NCBI RefSeq assembly: GCF_026571515.1
Contig: NW_026865440.1
Coordinates: forward strand, 248,001 to 312,000
Source: Ruditapes philippinarum
Lineage: Eukaryota
Direction: 5' to 3'
DNA: 64,000 bases
The notes under the pieces are model-generated. The model searched no databases, was not told the DNA's origin, and saw only the letters and a list, made by a program, of their open reading frames with translations. The translations under genes were made by a program, and so were the position numbers. This document shows, piece by piece, positions 1 to 13,300 of the stretch; position 1 is the first letter of the stretch; the number at the start of each line of letters is the position of its first letter.

Positions 1-117
1 TGACATGTAGATTTAATTGTGACGTTATGACTAAAAGTCTTGCATACTTGAATAAATGTTTTATGTTTTCTGTCAATGGGTATCAAAATACTCTTGTTAT
101 TAATATGAGGCGCAGTG

Positions 118-1360
118 AACAAGAGGGGCATGATGGCCCTGAAATTGCTCACCTGTATATAGTAAGTCTCCATGACAAATAAAGTTGAATATTTAATTAT
201 AAACAAAAGCAAATATAAAATCTAAATCTTAAACTGATGTCACAAGTTTATATTTGTATCTAAAATAGTGCATGACTGTGTATAAGCATTAGTTTTTTTT
301 ATTAAAAATGTATATATATATATATATAAAGAAAATCAATGACCCTCAATCGCGGGGCGAATTTTGACCCCAGGGCTTTTATTTGAACAAACTTTGTAGA
401 CACTTGCTAAAAAATGTTTCGTGCTAAATATCTAAGCTCAAGCGCTCATGTTTTGTTTAAAAGAAAATTTCTTAAATTTTAAATAATTAAACAGATTGAA
501 GGAAAATCAATGACCCCCCCCCCAGGGGCGGGACCAATTTCAACCCCAGGGCTTTTATCTGAACAAACTCTCTGTAGACACTAGAAGATGTTTTATGCTT
601 AGTATCGAAACTCTAGCACTGGGTTTTTTAAAAGAAGATTTTATAAGTTTTTACTATACACATATAAAGCCATCATGGTGTTACTTTGCACACTTATTCA
701 TCATCAGGACCAAAACTTGTGGACTGGAGGAGGTAACTCTATCAAGCATTTTTATACAATTATGGCCCTTTTTGATTTAGAATTATGCTTAAGTTTGAGT
801 ACCATCTCAAATATTTTCAAAGTGGGTATGTCAATGGACTTTGAAACTATCTGAGATGGTACGCAAATCAATCCTAAGCTTAAATTCTAAGTTGAAAAAG
901 GGACATAATTCTGTCAAAATGCTTGATACAGTTACCTTCTCCTGTCTTCATGTTGGGGGAATGCTGGTGAACAAGTGTGCAAAGTAACAAAGCTATATAT
1001 CAATGGACTTTGACACTATTTGATGTGGTACACAAACTTAAGCATAAATTCTAAGTCACAAAAGGGACATAATTCTGTCAAAATGCTTGATAGAGTTACC
1101 TCCACCTGTCTATATGTTGGAGGCATGATGATGAACAAGTGTGCAAAGTAACAAAGCTATATGTCAATTGACTTTGACACTGTTTGAGGTGGTACGTAAA
1201 CTTAAGCAGAAATTCTATATCAAAAAGGGGGATAATTCTGTCAAAATGCTTAATAAAGTTACCTCCACCTGTCTACAGATTGGGGGCGGATCATGATGGT
1301 GAATAAGTGTACAAAGTAACAATGCCATATGTCAATGGACTTTGAACATATTTAAGATGG
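118..1360. repeat. Non-autonomous Helentron/HINE-like element(s) with internal ~170-bp tandem units
   Basis: AACAAGAGG start with a short subterminal palindrome. Duplicated ~170-bp units at ~331 and ~503. Units aaaagggacataattctgtcaaaatgcttgata recur 3 times at 896-1360, with one inverted copy at ~730-825. Confidence 0.55.
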
Positions 1361-1893
1361 TAGTTTATTTAACAATTAGGCATATATCCATGTGTCTTCA
1401 TTGACTAAGTTAGTTTAAAGTTTTATTATGACTATAAAATAAAAAAAAAATATTAAAAATATTAAAAGTGGAATTTTTATAAAGCATTATTTTATTTAAT
1501 TAAAAGTAAATCTTATTATTCAATTAGAATGCTTTATTTCAATACTTAGGTGTCTAAAATAAGATAATATACTGTAAAAAGTAAAAAATTCAATATAAAA
1601 TCTCTTACCTGTAAACTATTTCCAAATCCTAATCCCAAGTTATCCATTAACTTCCGGTAAAAAAACTTCCTTGAATTATTTCTCCTCTTAAAATTGATTT
1701 TATTTATTTATTTATTAACAACTGTCACTTAATTAAACTTTAAGTAGAAATAAATGTTTGTAAATTAAATACACTGTCTATACAGTACATGTATAACGTA
1801 GAAAAAAAATCGCCATTTTGTTTTCTCAGTGTCCATATTTAAATTGTTTTTATTAATTAAAATCATAAAATTTTTACAATGTTTTTTCTTTGT

Positions 1894-4304
1894 TTATTCT
1901 TTACTTGGTTTTATTGTTTTGAACTCAAACCACCAGTCGTCATTGTCTTGTATCACATGAAAAGTTTGTGAACTCCGAATATTTACTCTAACACGGTCAT
2001 ATTCTGTCCTCGGTTTAATTTCGTGCATCTTTACTGTAACTGACTGCGGCAGATTTTTCAGCACGATAATAAAGTTCTGTAAACTTTCTGCAGACATTTC
2101 TATATCCCTCAAATCCACACGTTCAATATTTAACATGTCACGTGATAGTAACAATGAACTTTCATTTGGATTGATTCCCCACAACCTAACATTAACCAAT
2201 GACGGTGTTGTTATATTTAATTGTGGTCTCCCAGGTAATTTTACCAAGTGTAACTTTGATAGATTTGAATGTTGAGACAAGTCCAAGTTCCATCTCTTAC
2301 AATCATGGTCCCCATGTTCTTTACAGCATAACCCGTCCAATGTTATCTCTTTCATTGATTTTTGACCGGAGATAAAATTGAAAAATGTTTCCAGTATTTT
2401 GTGAGATAACATATAGTAGTGAATATCTAAATATTGTAAGTTTTGTACTCGCGCTAAATTTTCACTCAGATTTTCTTCATCATTTGTCCATGTGCCAGAC
2501 AACAAAGTAACGTACTGTAAACTAGGAAACAATATCTGGGTTATCTCAGCCTCCTTCTCCCTGATGTCATCCTTATAGTTAAGTTTCTGTATATGACGGA
2601 GATGTGTGAGAGAGAATAAATCTGTAATTTCACGTAAACTGCTGGAAGAACGGCCGTTGTTTATATTAAGTGATTTTATGTTGGCTTTATTCTGTTTTAA
2701 TAAACGTTGTAACTGCTTACTGTACACGGTGTGCCGGTCAATGAAGAAATCTTGTAAAAATAATTGAATATTTTCACTTTCAGGCATTTCTTGTAAACAC
2801 GACATGAACATTTCCTGTATGTTATACAATGGAGTATTGTACATGGAGAACTCGTAACCTGTCCTAGTTCTATAGTAGCGTGTTTTCTCGTCTTCATTTA
2901 TCACAGACATCAAATCATTTGATATTGCACACATCAAGTCAGCATTCATTCCACTTATAAATTCACAAATTTTTGACATGTCTAGAATATCTTGAACAGT
3001 TCTACAATTTTCTACAACAGTTTTCTGAGCGTCACTTTGAGAACTTATAAAAATGGCGGCAAAATATTCTTGCACTGTTTTGTGAGAAAAGGATACTTTG
3101 ATAATTTCTTTAATTAAAGTTTTACTTCTACTTTCTGACAGTATTCCTGAGAGAAGACTTAATTTCATGTCGTCTGCTTTGAGATATATATCAGCAACCA
3201 TTCTATCAAATACAAGCGTGTTTTCTCTTGTTTCATTGAATAATGTTTGGTAAGCTAGTTCTGCTAATGATGTTATAAGACTGTAAAACTTTTTACAAAA
3301 TTTTTGACCTTTGAAGTATTCTGAAATTTCACCGGCAGACGATTCACCAGCTGGTTGAACTTCCGGGTGTTTCTTTGACGTTCTTGATAATAGAAATTCA
3401 ATGATATTGGTGTAAATTTCATGTTTTGAATTTCCTATAGGAATCTTGTTGCACCATAAGCAAACTATATACATGAGGAGGAGTGGAATCACTTGCATGT
3501 GCTCTAGGCGACGGTCACGTATCACTTTATTAAAGTCCTGTCTTTTACTCTTCAGTATTCTATCGTCATGGACACCGGTCATTTTTCTTATAGCATTTTC
3601 TTCTAGTTGCCGCGTAGAATCTGCACTTAATTGAACCAATTCTGCTTTTTTGTTTATTTGACTTGTTTTGAGATTTGCAACTCCAAGCTTCCACGGTCGA
3701 GTTGTCGTTAAGATAACACAATTATCGCGTACGTATCGATGTGGGATTTTTTCTGTTACTTCGCTACAGCTATTATCAGGGTGAGTCCATTCATCAAGAC
3801 CGTCCAATATAATCAAGCATTTTTCTCTACGTAAAACTTCATATAGTATTGTAGAAGTAGGAAGTTTCGTCGTAATTTGCTGTTCAATCATATCGTCAAT
3901 GTTACAAACAGAGGTACTGTCTCTTAATAAAACCAAAAATAAGAACTTGAAGTCAAATAACGTCTTTAACTCGTCGTCTTTAAAGCAGGCGTAGTTTTCA
4001 TCGTGACAATGAGCTTGACACCACGTGACTGCAAGATATTTTGAGAAAGCAGTTTTTCCAAAACCTGCATCAGCTGATAGATAAATTTCTTGTTGATCTC
4101 GACTTCCGGTTGAAAACAGGTCTTTCAAAGACTTAATCGGTGTTCTCTCCTCTTCATGACAAGTTAAGGACTTCTTTTTGACGGCGACTATATCTGGCAT
4201 CACGTAGAACCCTGCTAGCGGTGTCTCTATTTCTTCAAGAAGCGGTGACAGAGGTATTGAACTACACCTTTTTCTGTAGAATTTAATCAGGTCGCCTTGA
4301 AGTT
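1894..4304 (-). CDS. Terminal exon: NACHT NTPase plus winged helix and degenerate LRRs
   Basis: Walker A ADAGFGKT, Walker B LIILDGLDEW, LTTTRP sensor, IPLLL, FSHKTVQEYFAA, C-terminal LxxLxL repeats. The frame is open upstream of the called ORF to the acceptor ttgcAG at 4306-4305 (LQGDLIKFYRKR...). Confidence 0.9.
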
Positions 4305-7300
4305 CTGCAAAGAGAGTAGGAAAAAGGGTAAATCAGTGACAATCTTTCTATATAATATATGAAATGCTGAAGTGTTATTATAACTTCAATTTTGCATGGT
4401 TAGGAACAAATAATGCATAAATTGACAAATAAGAAGTAGATATGTAATATTGTATTCAGATGATATGTTTAACAATTAAAGCTAAACTTTGATTTAATAA
4501 TTGCATAAATTCATATGTAGAACGAAGTATTTCCATCTGTAATAATTAATACATTGTATGCTTGAAAATAAACATTTTCGTTCTTCATTAAATGGTGGGG
4601 GGGGGGGCAAGCTAATTAAGAAAATATTTCTTCTATAGTTCATTGCATGAACAGACACCAAGAACGATATATGTTTAACATGTTTGAACCGTTTTAAAAT
4701 GATATTTTTACATTAAAAATATGAAAAAAAAATCTTGATCAAATGATAAATTTACATTGAAAATATGAAAACAAATAGTTATCACGGAGGGGAAATAAGA
4801 AGGGGGGATTTTTACTCGAACAGGAAGTAATTCCTCCTGATTTCTCCATCATATCGGAATTCCTCGGCTATTATTCATAATCAGACTTAATACGGACTAC
4901 AGTATTGTTTGATTTTATTAACCTGACGATAGCATACTTATGAGACTGATTATACGGTCAAAGCACACAATATATAGATATACTGTAGATTTTCGGCAAA
5001 GCACCTTATAACATGTGATTACATTTGTTTCTGTAATATACATGTAGTTATACTGAGCGTCTTAACGCAATAAGGAGTACCACTAGCTGGTTAGTTCTAC
5101 ATTTTTGTAAACACTTGGTCATTTCTATTAAAAATACTTAAAAAAATAAATAAAGAAACGAAACTATGACAACAGTTATCCTCTGACCACTGACCACTCG
5201 TATACCAGGCACTCACTTTACAGGATGTGATTACGACTTATATATTGTGACTTTTCAAAACATTATTTATATTTTCCATATTAATTATCGTTAACTACAT
5301 GGATATAACCGAAGTTGGATCGAATATTAAAATTAATCTTAAAAAATGTATTTTTGTGCTTTGATGCACGGTCTCTATTGTTTACGTAACTCAGGAGTTG
5401 TTGCCCCTGTTTGTGACTCTCTTCCAAGACATCTTAAATATCAAGAAGAATATGTGTACTTTCCATTTTTTATTTTAAGAATAAAACACATGTAAAGTCC
5501 AACATAAAGTGAAAATGATAACAACAAACATATGGAATGAAATATAAAACATGTTAAAATGAATTATAAAACATGTTAAAATTACATAATTAAATATAGA
5601 ACATGTTGTCAAGAATATAAAACATTTTGCAATGAATTATAAAACATGTTGCAATTAATTATAAACATGATTCAGTATAATCTACTTGTGTCATAAACCT
5701 TAGGTGCGTCATTACAATATCAGTTTAGCCAAAAGAGGCGCTAATCAAGGCAAAGGATAAATAAGCGGATTCGGAATTGAATTATCAATTTACACTGGGT
5801 CCGTTAACAAACAAAAATAATAAAAATGTTTAACTATTACAAAAACATAGACACATTTACAATTTATAAAATGTAATCTTGAGAGAACATGTTAACAACA
5901 TTTTGAGAATTCAAGTTTAACAAAATCTGTCAGTAAATCAAAATATAAAATTCTTACCTACAATATCAAGAAGAATATGTTTACTTTCCTTTTTTATTTT
6001 AAAGAATAAAACACATGTAAAGTCCAAAATAAAGTGACTTTACTAAGGAAAGACACACTTTTTAAAGAAAGACCAAAAAAGATTCGAACTAATAACCATT
6101 GACGTTACAAAAAAAAACAACCAATCAAAAATTATATATCGAAATATCCCGAACCACTGCCGGCGGCTTGTGCCGAAAAAAGTGCTAAAACACTTTTTGT
6201 TCGCCTTATCAAACAAACATGGCTTAGGCCGGAATGGCTGTCTTAAGCCGGAATGTATGTTTTCTATTTCAATAAAGATTTATCACCAGAATTTGTATAA
6301 CAGATTACTTATCAAAATATGAATTTCTTAGACTGCTCAACCTCCAATTGAGAAATGAATGGCATCTTTAGCATGTGGCAACAAAATGATTTTATAAAAT
6401 TTTAAAAAATATGCTTGAATACAAAAATGACAATTACAAAAATATAAAAAAGATTATTTCATGAATTTTTATCGCATAAAGATTTTGCGAATTTTCATCG
6501 CATAACAGTATTCATATTTGACAGGTCAATAAAATCAGACTATAAAAGTATTTCTACCACGTGATTTTATATGTAAAACACAGAGTGTTATCTTTGATAA
6601 AAAATACGATGTAAATATTTGACATTCAAAAAAGTCAGTTTCGGTACAAATTTGATTGAAATGTCTGACAACCATGTTGAAAACATACTGGACCCTATGT
6701 AAACAGGTTGACATTTTGCACTTTCGATTTCTTAAAGCCATAAGCTTAATAATGCATTGTTTACTTTTATACCTATGAATTTACTTAATTTTGGTAGACT
6801 AACGCTCGATAATTTGGCAGAAAAAAAGGACTTTAGTCATCAACCCCCAGCATTGAATTGCTATTTACATGGTTTGTTACTTAATTTTAAATTGCTAGGT
6901 TAGACCAAAATACCATATACATACTATTCAAGAATGATAGATGATGTGTTTTAAAGTAGGCAAATATTCAATTACCCATTTTAATGGCCAAACACAATCA
7001 CGTGACATTAAAATGGCTTATTGAATAATGTCTACTTTAAAACACATCATCTATCGAGTCACCGTACCTGTGCTCGACCAGCCCATTGCTCGACCAATAC
7101 TTCTATTTGCGTACGATTTATGCGTTATTTAAGTGAAAAAAAACAACGCTCGGAGTTATGTGTGCTATTTATACCTGACCTGTAACCTCTACACTCAAAG
7201 TTTGGTAGAACTTGGCAATTTTGCAGACGATAATAAACAGTACAAAATATATGTCTATAATAAAAGTTGCAGTAAAAACTATTTAAAGGACTGAAATAAT

Positions 7301-10300
7301 GATAATTTAGGGCAAATTTGGACAATGCTTTGTTAAATTTCCTTTACTCTTATGTTTTCAATTGAAGGGCCCCCACAAATCATCAAAACCCGGCTTCCCA
7401 TACAAGGCAATGGCTATGAACATGTAAACAAATATGTCAGCTGTCCGATTACAAATAAGGAACACATCACTTAAAGGGCAGACCCGTATCCCACTTTACT
7501 ATGTTTGCAGTGATAGAATATGAGAATAAGTAATCTCAAACTCCCAAGTAAAAAGCATCTTTAAAACACTTTATTTGTCAATCTCTAACATTTCCATTCT
7601 TTCATATTTATCTTATATTTACATACACACTAAGACATAAATGTTCCAAAATATTTTTGAAATAAATTTGTTTAACACAAAAGTCATATCTGTTTTTCAA
7701 AAGTAAAAGTTCTGATAAAAATATAACCACCTGGTCGAGCACTGGTTACGTTGCTTAAAAAATATAGTGGTCTTATGCCCTATGTACAACTCCGTGTCCA
7801 ACAACATTGACCTGGCACTCTTGCATTTGACCCTGAAGTCGGTATATTCCGAAAACGTTACGCATTACTTGTAAATCGAGAAGAATGTAAATATCCATTT
7901 GTTAAATGACATTATTGCAAACCTTTTTGATGTGTGTACAATAGGCATGTAGTATTTTTAATAACTGCCTTTATAGTGTATATGCGCCAAAACATTATAC
8001 GACTGCATAATGTCACAAAGAGAACAGTTGAAAGATACTGTAATGAAATAAAAATATAACTGTGTATAGAAACACCACTTAAAAGGTATTCTAAAACCAG
8101 GTGTAGTAAAATGATTTCAAATTAATTCTTGCAAGTAACTTAAAAAAAATATCATAACATGGTGTTTGTGAGGAAACGAACCAGAGACCTTCAGATCGGT
8201 AGTCCGACATCTATAACAATGTACCACACCTCATTGACGAGTGAAGTTATATCAATATATTCGATAGATACTGGTCAGTGTTTATTCAAATGACCTTTAT
8301 GAAAGTTAATGAAGTGCTAGGTCAATATTGTTTGACAATATCCTGATCAGTGTCCTTAAAACGCTTTTGTTTATTAAGTTTGAAAGGCCCGGCTTTGTAA
8401 CAAAAATAAGTTTCCGAGCAATCTTTTTGTTTTGAAAGAGTTTTTTTCTGGATTTTGTGAAATACTGGTTGAGCACTGGTCCGGTGACTCTAACCTATTT
8501 CATGTTTATCCTTCATTATCTGATATTTTACATTTTTCATTGATAATATTAAATGTAAAAATATGAAAAGTTAAATAATTTTTTTCACGGCTAATTATGA
8601 AACTCAAGCCATCTGAAGCTCACTAGACTTTGGTTTTTCAGCGTATAACTCAGCTTTCAAATATAAATGAGTGGTAAATATCTAATCGAAACCGTTAATA
8701 ACAGTGGACTATAATTATACATGTATAACATCTAGTCAAAATATATTGACGTGCCAAAGCTTGATTCTGAGATATTTTCGTTCTGGAGCAGAATCTCATC
8801 AGATATTGCCCAGACACGAAAATAGCACAATATCTCGTCGCGAGTCCTAATTGGACTAGTATAACATCATAAGTCACCAATAATTTGAAATAAAATAAAA
8901 CAATAAATTGTCGTCTGCTTTCACTTCCTTGACATAATAACATATTGTAAAGACATTTTTTTAAAACATTCAAAACATAGAATAAATAAATTTTCAGTAA
9001 ATCAAAATCTTACCATTTCTATCACTACTACAAAAGAATTCGCATCAAAAACAAACAAAAAAGAAAAATGTTTAAAATGTTCCATCACTGGTGAATAAGC
9101 GCGGACAACTGAAACAAACATTATATATCTATAAATAAGAAATGTATTACTTTTTGACAAGCATAGCCAAACAGGGGAGGAGCCAGGATTTAAGGTAAGA
9201 CAGTGCATACTATCAAGGGGGAGGAACGGTTACACGCAGGATGGATTTTATTATGATAACTTGTTACGGAGTTCATGGAAAACGTAACATATTTCGTCAG
9301 AAAACTTTATTGTATACTAGAGAAACACGTGAAACATTGAAATAAAGTTAAATGGGGAGTTCAAGTGCTAAATTAAATTTTGATTATTAAGCTTGCCTTA
9401 CAAATTTGTATTTTATTTCAGAAAAAAAACACTTTAAAATCCATTTGTCATCGCCTCTTGTTTAAATCTCGTAATTTTGTGTAAAAATTCCAAATTACTT
9501 GCGCACTCGAACGTATTGACCTTTTCATTTATGATCTCTTTCGTTGCCATACCTTATTACCTTATTAAAATGGAAAGTTTCAAATGTTATGCCCAGGCTA
9601 ATAGATTTATACCCGATTTTCCAAATGTCATGGAGTTCATGCGATAACTCTGCAATTGTCCTAGAGTTCTTAATTATGATAACGTTTGTTACTGCCAGTG
9701 TGTTTCAAGATTGTGCTATGTTACGGCACGTTTTAGCGTATTTTTTATCTAATAAGTGGTAAATCATTATGAAGCGTATAGTACGTAGTACGCTTATCAT
9801 TTGCACACAAATTTGGATATATAATGTTGGTTTTGGTTGTACTACAGTTCAAGAGATAGTTTTTCTTATCTCCGTTTCTTGTGTGTATTTTTTTCTCAAT
9901 TTATAGAACTTTTTGCTAAAGCTATGTTCTCACCGCCGATCAGATCAACTCGATCGTCCCGAAAACATTAATTCCCCGATGAAGCCCGACCAAGCTGGAT
10001 TAAATGCAAATTCACGAATCCTACACGACCTCAAGTCGACCATGTTTACGACTTCTTCTCTACGACAACCGGCCAACATCCCGACTTCTTTTCGATCACC
10101 CAGACCTATACGCGAGCCATACACGATCTCAACTAGACTAACTGGACCTCTGCTCGATTGTTGCCAGATTTCCACCCGACCAGATCGGATGATGCTCGAG
10201 TAGAAGTCAAGATGATTGTGTACAGATCGGGTAAGAGTTGTTTACCCGATGTATGAACCCGACCAAACTAGATCGTTACACGATTTATTCTCGATCATCT

Positions 10301-13300
10301 AGATCTTCTACTCGATCACTATACGATCGCTTCTCGACGTCTTATCTACTCGATCGCTACTTGAATTTTTTTGACATGTCTTTTGACAGCTAGACTGGTT
10401 CCCGATCGCTTGATTGTGCTTGATCGAATTGATCTGAAAGGCGGTGAGAATACATCATCACGCATTTTTTGTAGACTGAAAAAAGGCTAAAAAAGAACAT
10501 TAAGTAACAATATGTTATTGGTCTGCCGAAACAAAATACATGTATATGGTTTGCAGCAAAATATGAAGTAGTATGCACTAACTTTATCTACATTTAATGA
10601 GGTTGGGGTCATCTTCAAGTATTCTACTGATATTTTGATTTTTGCCATATAGACGTAGAAAAAATATGAGAACGATATAACAATTTTAATATTAGATGTG
10701 AGTCACCTTAAGGTTTATGCCGTTGATCGACCAATGTCCTTTCTTTATTAAATCCAACTGAGCATCACGTGATGTACAGAGATCTATCTACCTACATATG
10801 TACCTACCCACCTGATTACCTGCCTACCTACCTGCCTACCTACCTACCTGCCAAGCTACCTACCTGACTGCCTACATGCCTGACTACCTACTTACTACCT
10901 ACCTGCATACCTACCTGCCTGCCTACCTGACTGCCTACCTGCCTCCGTTAGGTCGATATGCTTTTAACATATTTTTCACAGATTTTCGATTGTAATTCTG
11001 TATTGCCCGGTCCCGTACAGTTTTCGTGCACTGCAGTTATTGTCGTGAGAGTAATTGATAAAAAAAAACATGAATTATATATCACTTGAAGGTGAAATAC
11101 ATGTATGTCTCAAATAAGAAACCAAAAGAAAAAGCCCGGTATCCAGCGTGTCGTGAAAACGTCTCATCATACAGTTACCTTAGTAACGTTAAACCGGCAC
11201 ACGACGAAAATGGCTTAGTTCATTCCTTTGATGCATCACATATAAGCGTCAAAATTCCGGGAAAAGTGTGTGTACGTATTCCTGACGTCACTAGAAAATA
11301 TGACGTCATTTGCCCTATTGTAACGTTTTCGTGTGGTCGTCAAAGAGTTGATAGATAGTTATTAAGGTATCGTATTTTTTGTAATCATTTTTTTAAAATC
11401 AATTAATCTATTAAATGACGCCGTAACTTTATATAAAGAATAATTTAGTTTGGTACACTATACTTTTCTACACATCAAAGGAGAGCTGAAGGGACGGCAG
11501 TTCAAAACACTTAATGATCTTCAAAATGCATTGTTCTGAGTAGTATAGGGGTCGGTTTGGCGTCACTTCTGCGCATGCGCGGCGGCCATATTGGATTTTT
11601 TATTTGGAATGACATCATCGTTCTATTTTGAGAATGTGATCATCCGTCTATTTTTAGAAATCTATTTTTAATCTCCCGGAAGTATACGGAGCTGACTCGT
11701 ATACACGATTTAGGGCTTGAATCGCGGACATTGAGGGTCAGGTCCTCGGCCCTAGACGGAGAGATAATTACCATTATGACAGATAAAAGAAATGTTTGTA
11801 AATAGATACGTACTTAACATTTTAATTTATAAAAAATAGTTTTTTAATAGGTTCAAAATAATATTGATACAAATATAACTCGTTTACTTACCTACATTTA
11901 GTAAGGAAATGACTGTCATAGCGTAACGTTCTTGTAGACTGCGCATGATCTATTTTTAGTCGCGGTATTTCACAACCACCAGGAGCTATTTCATCAGCCC
12001 CACGCGGGTGTCAATGAAAGAAAAAGGCATTAAGTACAGTCGCCGCTCAGTCTAGATTCACAATACCTAGCGGCACTATGTTGAACAAAAACCCTTTATC
12101 CTTCGTTACTAAATATAACTTTTTATTAATCACAAAAGAATCTATTATCCTTTCAAACGCAGCGACCGTCAAGTACAGTCGCCACTTAGTCTAGATTTAC
12201 AATACCTAGCGGAACTATGTTGAACAAAAACCCTTTATCCTTCGTTACTAAATATAGCTTTTCATTAATCACAAAAGATTAATAGAATTGACGGACCTTT
12301 TCTCTTCGCATGCATTCACAAATTTACGCTTTATATATCGTACCCCTTAATTAGGTTCCTTTCAAGTGCATACTACGGTCAACTGATTGCATATTTTAAA
12401 CACGGTTGCCCTTAACAACTGGTCAAATTTTGTGATTTTTATGAACACTTTAAATTCCCGTTTTTTTTTTTACGAAAATTGATTTTGAATGAATACACTT
12501 ATGTATACGAAAGTTGTAAACTGATTTTGAATGAATAACTTATGTATAAGAAAGTTGTAAACTGATTTTAAATGAAATTTATAATACATTTAAGCTATAA
12601 ACCGGTTTTTTATCGTTTGGGCAACCGTTTACGCTCAAAATTTTCGAGATAAAGTCGTTATAAGATAGAATAAACCGAAAGCTTTCGTTTTGACCCGGGG
12701 TTCTCGATTCGATTTTCAGCCGTTTTTGAGTTATGACGCAAGAGCGATTTTAAACCCTAAATTGCGAAAGTCAATAAAAACGTTAGAACTTTTTACCAAT
12801 CGATTCGTCTCGTCGCGCTGATTAAGAAAATATATAGTTTTATGGGTTTATCTTTTACCGTTTTCGAGTAATTCGAGTTTAAAGTCACCGGAAGTGACGT
12901 CACAGAAATTTCAAAATCGATTTTTTCCGTTATTACTTGACCGAATATACTCGTGTTTGGTATCGTTGGAAAGCATTTTACCACACCTGTTACCTGACGC
13001 TATTCAAAAAGCCATTGGACCGGAACTGAAATCACTGAAGCGTAAAAACGTGTTTTCTGTACCACGTCCGGACCGAACTAAGGCGTGTTTGGTATCAAAC
13101 GAAATGTCTTAAGCCGCTCTTTATGAATACGGACTAAAATCGAAATTAAAATCACTCATGCGTAAAAATCATTAAAATAACTAAAATAAGCTTACCCCCA
13201 GTCTTTACTCCTTGCCTATCAAACTATTTATGACAAGTTACTATAGCCTATCGTTAAACGGTCCAGTTACGACAGGTTTAAACCGGTATTGCTATTTTTG

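Noticed and set aside
8158-8236. Functional tRNA gene
   Set aside because: The stems are imperfect and it is embedded in a repeated element; kept only as tRNA-like.
9913-10203. Overlapping 96-aa and 76-aa ORFs
   Set aside because: They lie inside a low-complexity MITE and show no domain.
12793-13112. Duplicated ORFs 12793-12984/27028-27219 and 12894-13112/26900-27118
   Set aside because: They are mirror images caused by the TIRs, with non-ATG starts and no recognisable domain.
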